DNA of 64,000 nt from Sphagnum compactum (taxonomy: Eukaryota), in contig OZ234493.1 of assembly GCA_965153455.1 (NCBI GenBank), positions 1,922,001-1,986,000 of the forward strand, read 5' to 3'. Below the pieces are notes generated by a model. It was not told the origin of the DNA, ran no database searches, and was given only the letters and a program-made list of their open reading frames with translations. A program made the position numbers and the translations under genes. This document shows, piece by piece, positions 10,796-22,848 of the stretch. The first letter of the stretch is position 1, and the number at the start of each line of letters is the position of its first letter.

Positions 10796-13700
10796 ATGAC
10801 TTCCTTCATGTCTGTTGTGATTGGCTTTTGCTTTCTCACTGCTATTTCTGTCGTGAGAATTCATGGCCTTTCTGCGCAGATTTCCTCCTCAGATGATGAT
10901 GCTGGGATCTTGCTTGGATTCAAGCAGCAAGTGACAGGGGATCCTCTCAAGGCACTGGCAGGTTGGGGACCTGATGCGGCAGCAGATCCTTGCAGTTGGA
11001 ATGGGGTGAATTGCACCAGCTCCAGAGTGACCGGCCTAACCCTCAACAGCTTTAACCTAATTGCCAATGCTTCAGCCATAGGTGAGCTCAGTCAGCTGGA
11101 AATGCTGAGTTTTTTGTCTCTGGCTGGCAACAATTTCTCAGGTGCACTTTCAGAGGCACTCAGTTTCAACAATGATGTTGGAATGAAGTGCAGTTATGAG
11201 TTTCTCGACCTCTCGGCAAATTCGTTATGTGGTCAAGTCACAGGGAATGCTGTTGGGAGCTGCAAGGTGCTCAAAAGCTTGAATCTTTCCAATAACCAAT
11301 TGACTGATGGGATCCCAGCAGGGGTGCTCGGAGGCTTGCAGTTGAACCTACTGGATTTGTCGCACAATAATCTTTCTGGAGCTATACCGGGTGATATTGT
11401 CGTGAATTGCAGCAATTTGGAATACCTAGATCTCTCTTACAATAATTTCTCACAAGGATTACCTGGGGGATTCAGTGCCTGCTCAAAGCTTGTATATGTG
11501 GACCTCTCTTGCAATTCGCTTGTTGGTGTGATTCCATTTGATTTCTCAGTGACCCTATTTTCCCACCTCAATCTTTCATACAACAAGTTCATGGGCAGCT
11601 TTCCCTCCTCTCTATTGAATTGCACACAATTGCAGGTCCTTTCTCTTGCGCACAATCAGTTTATTGGAGAAATCCCCAGTTATGTAGGCAGTTTGCAGCT
11701 TCTCCAGGATCTTGATCTGGGAGCAAACAATTTCTCTGGTCCATTCCCACATGCAGTTTTGAATTGTTCCAGCTTGATGTTTCTTGACCTGAGCTCAAAC
11801 CAGTTTAGTGGGATCATTCCTGCTGAGATATGCCCTGTTTCTTCACAACTCAAGTGGCTATGGCTTCAAGACAATGGCTTTTATGGGTCAATCCCACCAG
11901 AAGTTTCCAACTGTTCACAGTTGATCAGCCTTGACCTCAGCTTCAACAACATGAGTGGGATGATCCCCAGTGACCTCCAGAAGCTTACCAACCTTGAGTC
12001 CTTGGTGCTCTGGTTCAATAATTTTGAAGGTCAAATTCCTGTTGAGCTTGCAAACTTGACTAACCTTCAAAATCTGATCCTCAACAACAATAACCTGCAA
12101 GGTACAACTTTGTCCCACTTCATTACTCACTTTTCTTTCGTCTTTTGTAAAAGATTCAATGTGCTCACAGTTTGTGCTCCCTACTACCCATCTTTTCTGC
12201 ACATCCTTTGAAGCTCCCAGAAATTGATTGAAGTCCAATCTGTAAAAACCCTGCTGTAGCCCAGAGCAAAACATGAAGATCTCAATTGTGATCTAATCAA
12301 GCTCAGGGGAAATGTACACACGCCATAGTCCATCACCCAGAACAACCTCTGATTAGAGAGAGAGAGAGAGAGAGAGAGAGTAGTAGATTGTATGGTCTTT
12401 GATTTGCAATAGGGTTTTATTCCTCATAGGGGAACTTTCATGTCTGTAGAATCAAAAGATCAAGTAGCTCTTTTCTTCCAAATCTCATAGATTTGCTGGT
12501 GGGTGTGGGCAAGAGTTGCAGGAAGTATACCAGCAGAGCTTTCAAACTGCAGTATGCTACAGTGGCTGTCACTGTCTGATAACAACTTGACTGGCACAAT
12601 ACCACCAAGTCTTTTTAACCTTCCAAGACTTGGGGTTCTGCAGCTGGGCAACAACAAGCTGACAGGTGTCATACCTCCTGAGATTAAAAACAGCATGAAT
12701 CTGTTCTGGCTAGACTTGTGCTTAAATAATCTGAATGGCACTATCCCATCACAATTAGGACGAACATCCCATTCTGCTAACGGAATCCTAGACAACTGCG
12801 AGATGGCTTTTATGACATTTCTGGATGCATCTTGCAAAGGCATTGGGGGGTTGATGGATACAGCAGGAATACGCCTCTCAGATTTAAGTGCAATACACAA
12901 TTGTCGTACTAGGTTGTACAACCTTGATAGACAGGAGTTGCAGAATGCTCCCACGCTTGTGTTCTTAGACCTCTCCCACAATGCTTTTGAAGGCTCGATT
13001 CCAAGTGACATTGGTGATTTTTATTCGCTTCTTATCCTCAACTTGGACCACAATAGCTTGTCAGGAGAGTTGCCAGGAAGCCTTGGTGAATGTGCAGAGC
13101 TCATGGCCCTCGACTTATCATCAAATGATTTCAGCGGTCCAATACCTGAGTCTTTCACAAACTTAACCTTGCTTCAGGACTTCAACATCTCAAACAACAA
13201 CCTCTCTGGAAAGGTTCCTGGTGGTCAGCTCCTTGACTGGCCACCATCAGTTTATGCCAACAACCCAGGGTTGTGTGGTTTGCCACTCCCGAATCTGTGT
13301 GTGTCAAGATCCCTCAATCAGACTGCACCCTCAAAATTGTCCTGGAGGGGGGGCCGGGCAGATCATGTTGTGATGGTGCTCTTTATTTCATTGGGGGTTA
13401 TACTTGTGCTTCTCTGGACCTTGTGGCTGCGACGTAAGTCTTTGAAATATTGCCTCAAAGCTCGAACTGAAGAAATCACCTCCTCTTCAGTCAGGGCCTT
13501 GAAGAATGAAGACCAGGCGATTAGTGTTGCCACCTTTGACTTTGGGTTGCAGGAAGGCCTCAAGGAGCTCACATTCGGTGACCTTCTTGAGGCCACCAAC
13601 AACTTCAGCTCAGAATGCATCCTTGGGTCTGGTGGCTTTGGGGAGGTCTATAAAGCAAAGCTGAGAGATGGGTCTTTAGTGGCAGTAAAGAAGCTCATCT

Positions 13701-14497
13701 ATCTCACAAACCAAGGCGAACGAGGTTTTCATTCAGAGATGGAGACGCTCGGCAATGTAAAGCATAAAAACTTAGTCCAATTGCTTGGCTATTGCATTAC
13801 ATCAGAAGACAGGATTCTAATATACGAGTTCATGCCACATGGAAGCCTAGAACGAATGTTGCATGGGGAATGTCAAATACCACAGGAGTTATGTTCAGGA
13901 GCGCAGCAAAGTTTGTCATGGGCAGCTAGGAAAGTAATAGCAGTCGGAGCAGCACGAGGGCTAGCATATTTACATCATGGATGTGATCCACACATCATCC
14001 ACCGTGACTTTAAGTCAGCCAATGTGCTGTTGGATGCAGATTTTGAGGCCCGAGTTTGTGACTTCGGAATGGCGAGGTTTATTAGTTCATGTGAGACACA
14101 TCTAAGTGTGAGCACTTTAGCAGGGACACCAGGGTATGTACCTCCAGAGTATTACCAAAGCTTCCGGTGCTCCCGACAAGGTGATGTGTACAGTTATGGG
14201 GTTGTGTTGCTTGAGCTTATAACTGGCCGATGCCCAACTGACAAAGATGAATTTGGAGACTCCAATCTAGTTGGGTGGACAAAGCTGAAGCTCCATGATG
14301 AAGCAGCACTCAATGAAATTTTTGACCCGACACTGCAACACAATAGTGCAGGCAAGTGCAACAACAATGCTGAACTTGTGCAGTATTTGAGGATTGCCTG
14401 TGATTGTCTTGAAGATAATCCTGCCAATCGCCCTACTATGCTTCAGGTTGTTGCAACCCTAAAAGAGATTTCGTTAGACTGTTGTGATTTCCAGTAG
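10796..14497 (+). CDS. BRI1/BRL-like LRR receptor kinase (LRR-RLK X) with island domain; exons 10796-12101 and 12522-14497, about 1093 aa
   Basis: Domain order: signal peptide (MSVVIGFCFLTAISVVRIHG), LRR N-cap (DPCSWNGVNC), about 18 LRRs, island (12761-12952; CKGIGGLMDTAGIR...HNCRTRLY), 4 more LRRs, C-cap (NNPGLCGLPLPNLC), TM helix, then kinase (GSGGFGEVYKA, VAVKK, HRDFKSANVLLD, DFG). The activation segment THLSVSTLAGTPGYVPPEYYQSFRC is the BRI1/BRL signature. A phase-1 GT-AG intron at 12102-12521 joins NNLQG/SIPAEL in frame. Confidence 0.95.
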
Positions 14498-17400
14498 CTT
14501 GTGTACAGATTCAAATTTCCTGTCACTGAGGTATGCTGCTCTATTTCCAATCAAAATACCCATAACCTGTAATCATTATAACTTTTACCCTATAGAGAAC
14601 TGGGTGGTTCTGCCCCCAGGAAGGGTCATCTCCTTATACCAGTCACAGAGACTGTCAGAGATGCTGGAGCTAGTCTCAGGCTCTGGGCTAATTTGCACAG
14701 GCATTAAACTCAAACTTGGGAAGATAAAAACTAAACTTCCCTTTTCATTAAGCACTTACAATTGTAGATTAGAACACTGCCAGATGCCCAGATGTGGGCA
14801 CATTTCATTGGTTATAGTGTAGTATACCCATACTTAGTGTCTTTGTACATTATCTATTTTGTTAAGTGCTCATATACACTCCTTTTGTAACAGTCCTCTG
14901 TAGAGATACAGATGTAAAACCAAAGGATCTCTTTCATTGCCTTAAGAGGCTAGTAGATGATCATGGTAAAAGATACAAGGGCTTCACTGCATGTGAAAAA
15001 TTCCAGATCATACATACTTGCTGAGTGTGTTTTTGTAATTGTATCTTTCAACATGCTGTGATAAGGAACTTTCACAATACCTGGGGCAAACTTGTGATTC
15101 TGTGAAAGTTAGTTGTTTTTTCCAAGATATAGAAACTTAGCTCCAAAAAGGTCCTTGGATTACATACAATCACATACACTGTCTTTAGCTTGTCTTTTGG
15201 AGGATTTTGCAGACTTTGAGTGTTCAAACCGTAGATGAAACGTTGAGTCTGTTCCCAGCAAGCATGCAGTAGGATCTTGGAGTGGTGACAAGATCAGTAT
15301 GATGGTAGTAATATAAGTGCTGTGTATAAACCAAGATGCAACACTTGCATGAGCTGCAAATCCTGAAGTCTTCATTGAAAAGGCAATGCCCTAGGTTCCT
15401 TGAATTATGGATGCTTTCATAAACCTCAAGATGCTCACATGTTGCACCCTGAACATTTGATCCAACTTAACCTATTGCTTCAGAATCTACCCATTTGATC
15501 ACATTCATCAACACGCTCTTTGATGTAACCTCCAAACTAAGTCCCAACTTAAATGGATATATATATATATATATGAGGAATAAAAAATATGTTGATCCTT
15601 TTGCATCATTTCAAATGTCAAGTGAGGATTGTAAAAGATCTGCATGGAGTAACCAAAACATGTTTTGGTCGAAGAGGAATGAGGACCCAATGCATATTAA
15701 TTGATCACGAGAAGAACTGCCGGTTATACTTGTCATTTCTAATAACCAGCCGGCACTGGTAGATATATCTCCATCTGTTGGGGAGCCCACACATGAAATC
15801 CCCAGAGTACAAAATACATGCTCAAAATACAAAGTAAAACCCCCTTTATAATCACGCCATTGGCGACCACTTTTGTTTTGTGAGACTAACGAATTGTGAT
15901 TTAAACATGTATAGTCAGTCACATTCCATATAAACCCTTACAAGATTATGAGTTATATGCCAACAAATCTTGTATCAGAAAAGAAGAATGTGGCAGTTTC
16001 TACACCATGTAAAGCCCTTGGGGGGTGAGCTTTACTAGAGACAAGCCTCTGCTCAGCTCCAATAAAACCTGCCCTATGAGCTTTACTCTACACAGTAAGG
16101 TGGAAAGTTTTTAGTGTGAGTGGAGGGCACCTTACCTTTGTTAAAATCTTTGCCTAAACAACAACAACGGATGGCACCTTCTTTAATATGCGCAAGGTAG
16201 GCCTCCTCTCCTTCTCAAACAAAATAACAGATATGCTATATATTCCTAGAACAGCCCCATTTTGTGGTCCTTACCCTACTACACATAAAAAATTCAATGG
16301 TTTCTTAATGAATTGTTAGCATCTCGAAAGCAAGAAGGGACCAAATTGGAGGTGTTCTCTGATACATATTTGTAGTAAAGCTTGAATTATTTTTAGCCTT
16401 TCCTTCCCTTTCTTTTTTCTCCTTTTTTTTTGTTGTTGTTTTGACAGTACCCACAAGCCTTACAATAAGTGGGCTATCATGGTGTTTCCAAATTGTTACT
16501 TGGAGTATAAGGCGTGTGGGCAAAAATTGATACCATTTTTGTCGGGCGTAAAAGTGGTGTTAATAGGATGGTTTATTGTATGGTTTCTCACGTCATCCAT
16601 GTGGCACCCATCACATGCACCTACTCCTTGAATCACATAGGTAGTAGTCATCTTCGACATATTTATTTTCCTTTTTCTTTCAAAAAGTCAGGTATTTTGG
16701 GGTTGTGAGTGGGTTGCTAAGAAGATGAGTGTAGTTCCTTGGCAACTTCTTCACATGTTTGTTGAATAATTAATTAATTAATTAATTAATTATTCATTTT
16801 GATGAATATAATGTTCCCGATGATGATTCGTTATTTTTCTTTGAATTTATTTTTTTAAATCAACATTTTTGAAAAAACATAAATAGTGTCAAACCTGCCA
16901 AGGTCTTACGGTAATGAAACCAAGCAAAACAAGCAAAACCAGGTGTGAGTGCAATGTGTCAAGAAAGGGTTCACAGTTAGAACAACAAAATCCCCCAATC
17001 AAATCTGTCCTCCCCCAACATTAAAAAAAAAACTGACATAATTTAATTCATAAGTAGTCTTCTCAACTTTGATATAGAAGATTGGCGATCATTACGGTAT
17101 AGAAAGTTCATGAAACAATTGATGAGACCATCTATGGAAATCAAATGGGAGTTGTCTCAATGATGATCTATTTTTAATGCTGAAGACATCATGTGGATCT
17201 TTTTTGTACAAGCATCAAACCAACTTCATCTTCAAGGTTTAAAAACACCAAAGTTAATTATAGACATCTTTGATTTTGAAGATTGTAAGCCTGTTGTTAT
17301 TCCACCCATGATGTACACAACATACAAATATTGAAACAAGCCTAGCATATAAAAGTTGTTGATGAAAGGAAATAGGTTAAGTTGAATTCATTTGTCATCC

Positions 17401-18569
17401 TATGTGTATTTTGCAAGTTATGGTGACTCATTTTTCGCACATGAGAAGTTTAATTTCACCAAATTTTAACACTAAATAAAAATATGTTTTACTCTTTCCA
17501 TCTTCTTCCCATCATCTTTTAGTCACCTAATTTTATTTTTCTGAAAAAATGGTTTCAATTCCCTTATAGAAGTATATAGTAGTGAATTGACAAGATTACA
17601 AAAATTGTTATGATTTATTCTCCAAAAGGAATTCGTAAGTTTTGTAATTTTGGGGCTTTTCAAAGTCAAAACATTTTACTAATATTGTTTTTGCTCATGA
17701 CACCTTAAATAATTAGTGTAATCAGTTAATCATCCATACCGAATTTGAAGAAAATATCTTTATAAGTGATTCACAAAAATGAAAGTTATAAGTCCATTTA
17801 CAAGCTCCATATGTGTTGTAATAGAAGATGTGACATTTAGTACATAATTCATGTGGGGGTGAAAACACACTACAAGAGGCACACTCGGTCACTTAAGGTG
17901 ACCATTTAGAAAGTAGTGGGTTTGCTTGTTAAAATAATGTGATAGACTAGAATTGAATATATATAAGAGGATGGATTGAAGAATCATAATTAAATGATAA
18001 TGACCAAAAATATTCATAACCAAAATAAAAATCAAATTATACTATGATGTGAAGGTGCACATATTGTTATTATTCATGATTATGTCATCAAGGCATTTCA
18101 AGTCCTTCAAAAAAAAGGTTAAGTAGTGAAAACATGAATTATATCACTTTCAAAATGTTTTTGAGTACTATATTCATTTCAAATGGTTTTGCACATGTTA
18201 CAATAATATATTTAAAATTTTCCACATGAACACAAACTAAAGACTTACAACATTCATTAATATTATTTTTGACATTAAAACATGGAAAACTAAACATCGG
18301 TTACATTTGTTGTAGTGTGTGTTAATGTGATTGCACCATGTGATTCATACAAACAATTTGATAGTGATTCAATAGGGTATAACAATATAAGATTATTCTT
18401 TTTTAAATATATACCAAATGTGAAAAGAAATTCATTTATTTCTCCCTCCCTCTCTCTCTCATATATTAGAACCTATGACAGTTTAGAAAAACTTTATGTC
18501 TCATTTCTCAGTATTGGGAACAACAATATTTCTCCCATTATTTTGAGGCTCCCTTGGCATTTGTTGGGT

Positions 18570-18887
18570 TTGCCTACCAAGGCAAGGATATTGTGTTCAG
18601 ATTCATTATAGAGTATAGTAACTTAAGGGATTTTGGTCCCTAGGTAATAATAGGTCTATATGTATATGAGGATTTTTGAAAGATGGTATATTTTGGCTTG
18701 TGTTGAAACTTGAGATTAGTTATAGAGTTACGATATCTTGAAGGATTTTGATTTCTTGTTGAGGATGTTTTTGAAGATTATATTTTTGCATGGTGAAATA
18801 TTTAAATTTTTATTATTCTTCTTTTGCCATAAGATACTATTCAATGTAAATGGCAAGGGCACAGTGTGACACACCCCTTGTTTTCAA
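18570..18887 (-). repeat. Dispersed repeat family A, copy 2 (abuts the right inverted-repeat arm)
   Basis: Inverted homolog of 4360-4714. Confidence 0.8.
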
Positions 18888-18892
18888 AGGAA

Positions 18893-21570
18893 AACTTGTT
18901 ACTTTCTTGGGTACTTTGTGTTAGAACACATATCCTGTTCATGTAGTACATATAACTATGTATGTGAAAAGTTATGTTTCAACAACTGATGTTAATCTGT
19001 GCAAAGACTGATACAAGTTTTCAGCTCCCATATGTATACATACCATGGTATCAAAAAACATACATTCGTGATATGGCCCATTGCTGCCCTCCACATACAA
19101 TAACACATATCAAATGATCTCCATGTATCAATAACAGATATCAAATAGAGTTGCCAACAATAAGTGTTACCACATGGATATGATGGTCCATGCTAGCCTA
19201 CTTGGGTTTACGTGCAAAGCTTGTTAGCAAGAGCAATAAGACTTCATGTCATGCCATGTACAGGAAAAACCCAAGCAAAAGAAGGAGAAGCAAATCCATG
19301 CGTCAAAGGAACTAGTGCAGTGAGAATCTATACAGAGAAGACTTGAACCTTCCCATTTCTGTTATAGAAAAAGGTGATAGTGCTCGTTTGCCTGAAACTG
19401 AAATTGTTATCTTTGTTTGGTGAGCTTAAAGCTTCCAGATTGTGTCCAAATCTAAATAGCTTTGTCCACTTGCCATAGCCCTACACATAAAACCAAAACA
19501 TGAGTCATGAGATTTTATCTTCGTTTTCGTTGTTGAAAAATACACTAGTTGTAAATCAAAATCAAATTCTTATGAAAAGATAGTAAACAAAGAAAAATGA
19601 AATTTATGCATGTGCAAGGGGTGTGTTATGGTCATTCTCCCACAAACAATTGAAGCTTATAACAAAATGGGATATTTCGCCTCCCCTTGCCATGGAAGAA
19701 TATGGTTTACAAAGAATGAGGGTATTATACTTACTAATAAGGCAATACCATGATGAAAGAATGTACAATATGACAATAGGTCAAGCTTGCCTAATACAAG
19801 TTGCTAATGAAAACTCAAAATTGCAATGCTAGAAATTGCAAGATGACCATGATGCCACCATCTATACCTGCAAAAGAATTTAATGAATAAGAGCATCATG
19901 GGAACTCGCCTTAAAAACCCCACTAGCAATACCACAACAAGAAAAGGAAATGCAAAAATAACAAAAAGGGTGGAGAAAGAATTCACTTGAAACAAGTTTG
20001 CTTTTGGCTTTCAGACCAAGCAAAGAATTACAAGATGACAATAACATCATTGATTTCACTTGTAAAAAACCTAGGCAAAAGGGGAACCATAATGATAGGG
20101 ATTATACAAGATATCATTCTTCCAGACCTAATTCTCTCTCCTTTCTTACCTACCTCTTTCTTTCCTCCTACTTATAGGTTGTAAATCCAAGGGTTCAAGT
20201 TCAAATGCTTGTGATTTGGACTTGAGTTGATACCCTTTTTTTTCTTTTTTTCTGTTGGAACTAACACAAGAACCAAATGATGGAACTTTTTTTTATACAT
20301 TTGGAACTGAAATTAAAACCATGAAAAAAAACCTTAAACACAAGGTCATGTTTTCAAAAAAAAAGAGAAAAAGTTGTTAAACAGGCTAAACATTATAATT
20401 AAATAATGTTTTAAAATAATTGTTAAACTTTATAGTTATATAAACACTTGTACTACTTTGTGCCCTTACAATCTCTAGCATTGGAAAATGTGTATTATGA
20501 ACATGAAAACATACAGAATTTTTGAACCATGCCTAGATGTTCTTAAATTATTATTTTTTAAATGTTAAAACTAACATTGAAAGGTATAAAAATTGGAAGA
20601 ACCAAGCTCAAACCTTAGCCTAAAAAACCTCCAAATAAATTTAAAATGTCAAAACCAAGACCAGAGGTTCTCTTCCAAGGAAAGAATCACACAAGACTAT
20701 AGCAAGCTTGATTATTTATGGTATTCGGCACCTTTTATTTCACTATAGGCTATAGCATGTTGTCCCACAAATAACTATGGGGTGGAAATAATATGTTTTG
20801 ACATTAGGATTCAAACATGAATGTTATTAGGATAAATGGGTCAATGAGCTTTATCCATTTAAGCTTGACCAATTGCAATTAAAAGTGAAATAACCCTAAT
20901 TTGTAATGTGATGCTAATAATAGTTGGTGACCAATGTTGTTGATCCTTTCACTTGGTGAGGTAGCAAAGTCAAGGGGACCAAAAGTAGCACACAAGAGTG
21001 TCATTGGACTCCAGAAGTTGGGGTTCTAGTTGATTAGGGTTTAGAGTCTAGTTTGTTTTTGGGTTCTAGTTTCTTAGTAGGCTCAAAAGTCGTGTTTGTT
21101 TTGCTTGCACTTGGCATTGCCCCCAAAAAAAAAACACACACACAAACAAAATGGTGATGTCAGTAGCTTGGCTGGAAAGGTTAATGCATACTTAATATGG
21201 ATGGGCAATAAGGCATCCGGGCCCAAGAAGCCCAGTGCACACATGCAGACCCAAAGTTCAGGAACCCCCTCCCCCCCCCCTTGAGAAGCACGCAGGGTCA
21301 TGACTTTGTCAATGTGGTGCCCCCCCGCCCCCTTTCATAGCTCACAATATACCTTAGCTACAACTCATCTTCGACACTAGGTAATTAATTCTTAAGAGAG
21401 CCCATCAAAAGGGGGAAAAAAAAACAACAACTAATCAAAAAAATTCTAGAAAAATAAACCCTAATTCAAAACACAAAGATAACTTTGAAACTTAATAATA
21501 GACTTAGTTTAACTTGAAGTAGGTTGGGATTCCCATGTTCTTTTTACTTTTCTGGTTAAATTAATTTCAA
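18893..21570 (-). repeat. Right arm of ~2.6 kb inverted repeat
   Basis: Begins AACTTGTTACTTTC (rc of the left-arm end near 7691) and ends TTAATTTCAA (rc of 5064-5073). It carries extra segments at about 19099-19129 and 19382-19446. Confidence 0.96.
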
Positions 21571-22499
21571 TTTGATCACTTAAGTCCATATTCTCTTTTT
21601 TTTTGAAAGCTTGGAAATACTAAGTAGTAAAACATAAACAATGCATCAATTTCAAGTAATTTTTTAAATATATGTTTATGCCCTTTTAAATATAATTATT
21701 TTATACACATGTGCACAAACCCAAGTTTGTCCAAGGTTTTTTTTTTGGTGACGTCTCAAGCTTCTTGGACATGGGCCTGGGCTTTTTGAACATAGGCCTA
21801 GACAATGTCCCTAGGCTTTTGAAAAGGAGGATGGGTGACTATGAATCTCGTGAACTCAAAAAGCTAAGCTTGTTGTTTCTTGGTAAAAGGCTATGTCAAT
21901 TCTAGCACTCTACACTTGGGCCCGAACTTTCTAAACATATTATGCATCGAGGTGGCCCAAGTCTCTTGGGTATGGGCTCGAGCTTCTTGGACATTAAGAC
22001 GGTCTACTACTCCAAGTTCAATGAAAATCATAGCCTTATTCTAATTGTAAGCATGGCCTTCTTCGACAAGGGGGCTTAGGATCCTTGAAAACACATGTCA
22101 TTATTTTCAACACACTATGGAGGAGTTATGCCAAAGCTTTGTAGCTAGATGAAAACCCTCAATGTGAATGAAGATGTATGACATATATTTTTAAAGACTA
22201 CATAAATATGGCATATAAATTTGTGAACAACCCAAGGCCAAATATGCATAGACTTTTTTAGACGTAGGGCCAAACATGCATGAACTTTAAAACCCCCATG
22301 TCAATGTTTGTGGACTTTTAGAGCAAGGGCAAGTATTGCATTGTGCTCCCAGGGTTTTTGGGATTCCAAACATTTTTTATTGGACAAAAATCATGGGCCA
22401 AGGCTTGCTACAACCATGGCCTTTTTGGCTATTCCATAGCTGCTTGCTTTTTTAGGCTATTGTTTGTGTTCCCAAGTTATTGGTTTAGAAGTTTAAAGC

Positions 22500-22848
22500 C
22501 AGTGTGGTGATGGATGCGAATTTGATTTTTTTGCGAATTACTGTCAATTGTGGTTTTTTATTAAAACATTTCAGAGTTAAAGGACCGGGCAGTTTGGGTT
22601 GTTTCAGAAACCTCAAAAAAAAAAGCGACAGTTTATTATGCCAAAGGAACCATGAAAGAACCGACGGTTATCTTCCTTTTTTTCCCCAATTTTGGAGAAT
22701 CGTGTGATCTATGAACCCTAATAATATTTCTCGGATTCCAGTTCTTTGGTTCTTGAAAACCGGCAATTATAAACCTTAAGAATCACCTTGATAATTGTAA
22801 GGGGGTCTGGCTGTTCCTTGTTTTTGATAAGTACCCAATCACACTAGT
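22500..22848. mobile_element. MITE-like element (CAGTGTG...CACACTAG termini), relative of 1890-2437
   Basis: Short imperfect terminal inverted repeats plus internal motifs shared with 1890-2437. Confidence 0.5.

Noticed and set aside
5055-21579. Target-site duplication making the inverted-repeat unit a giant Mutator/foldback transposon
   Set aside because: The flanks CATTTGAGG and TTTGATCAC share only an offset TTTGA, which is not a convincing TSD, and there is no transposase inside.
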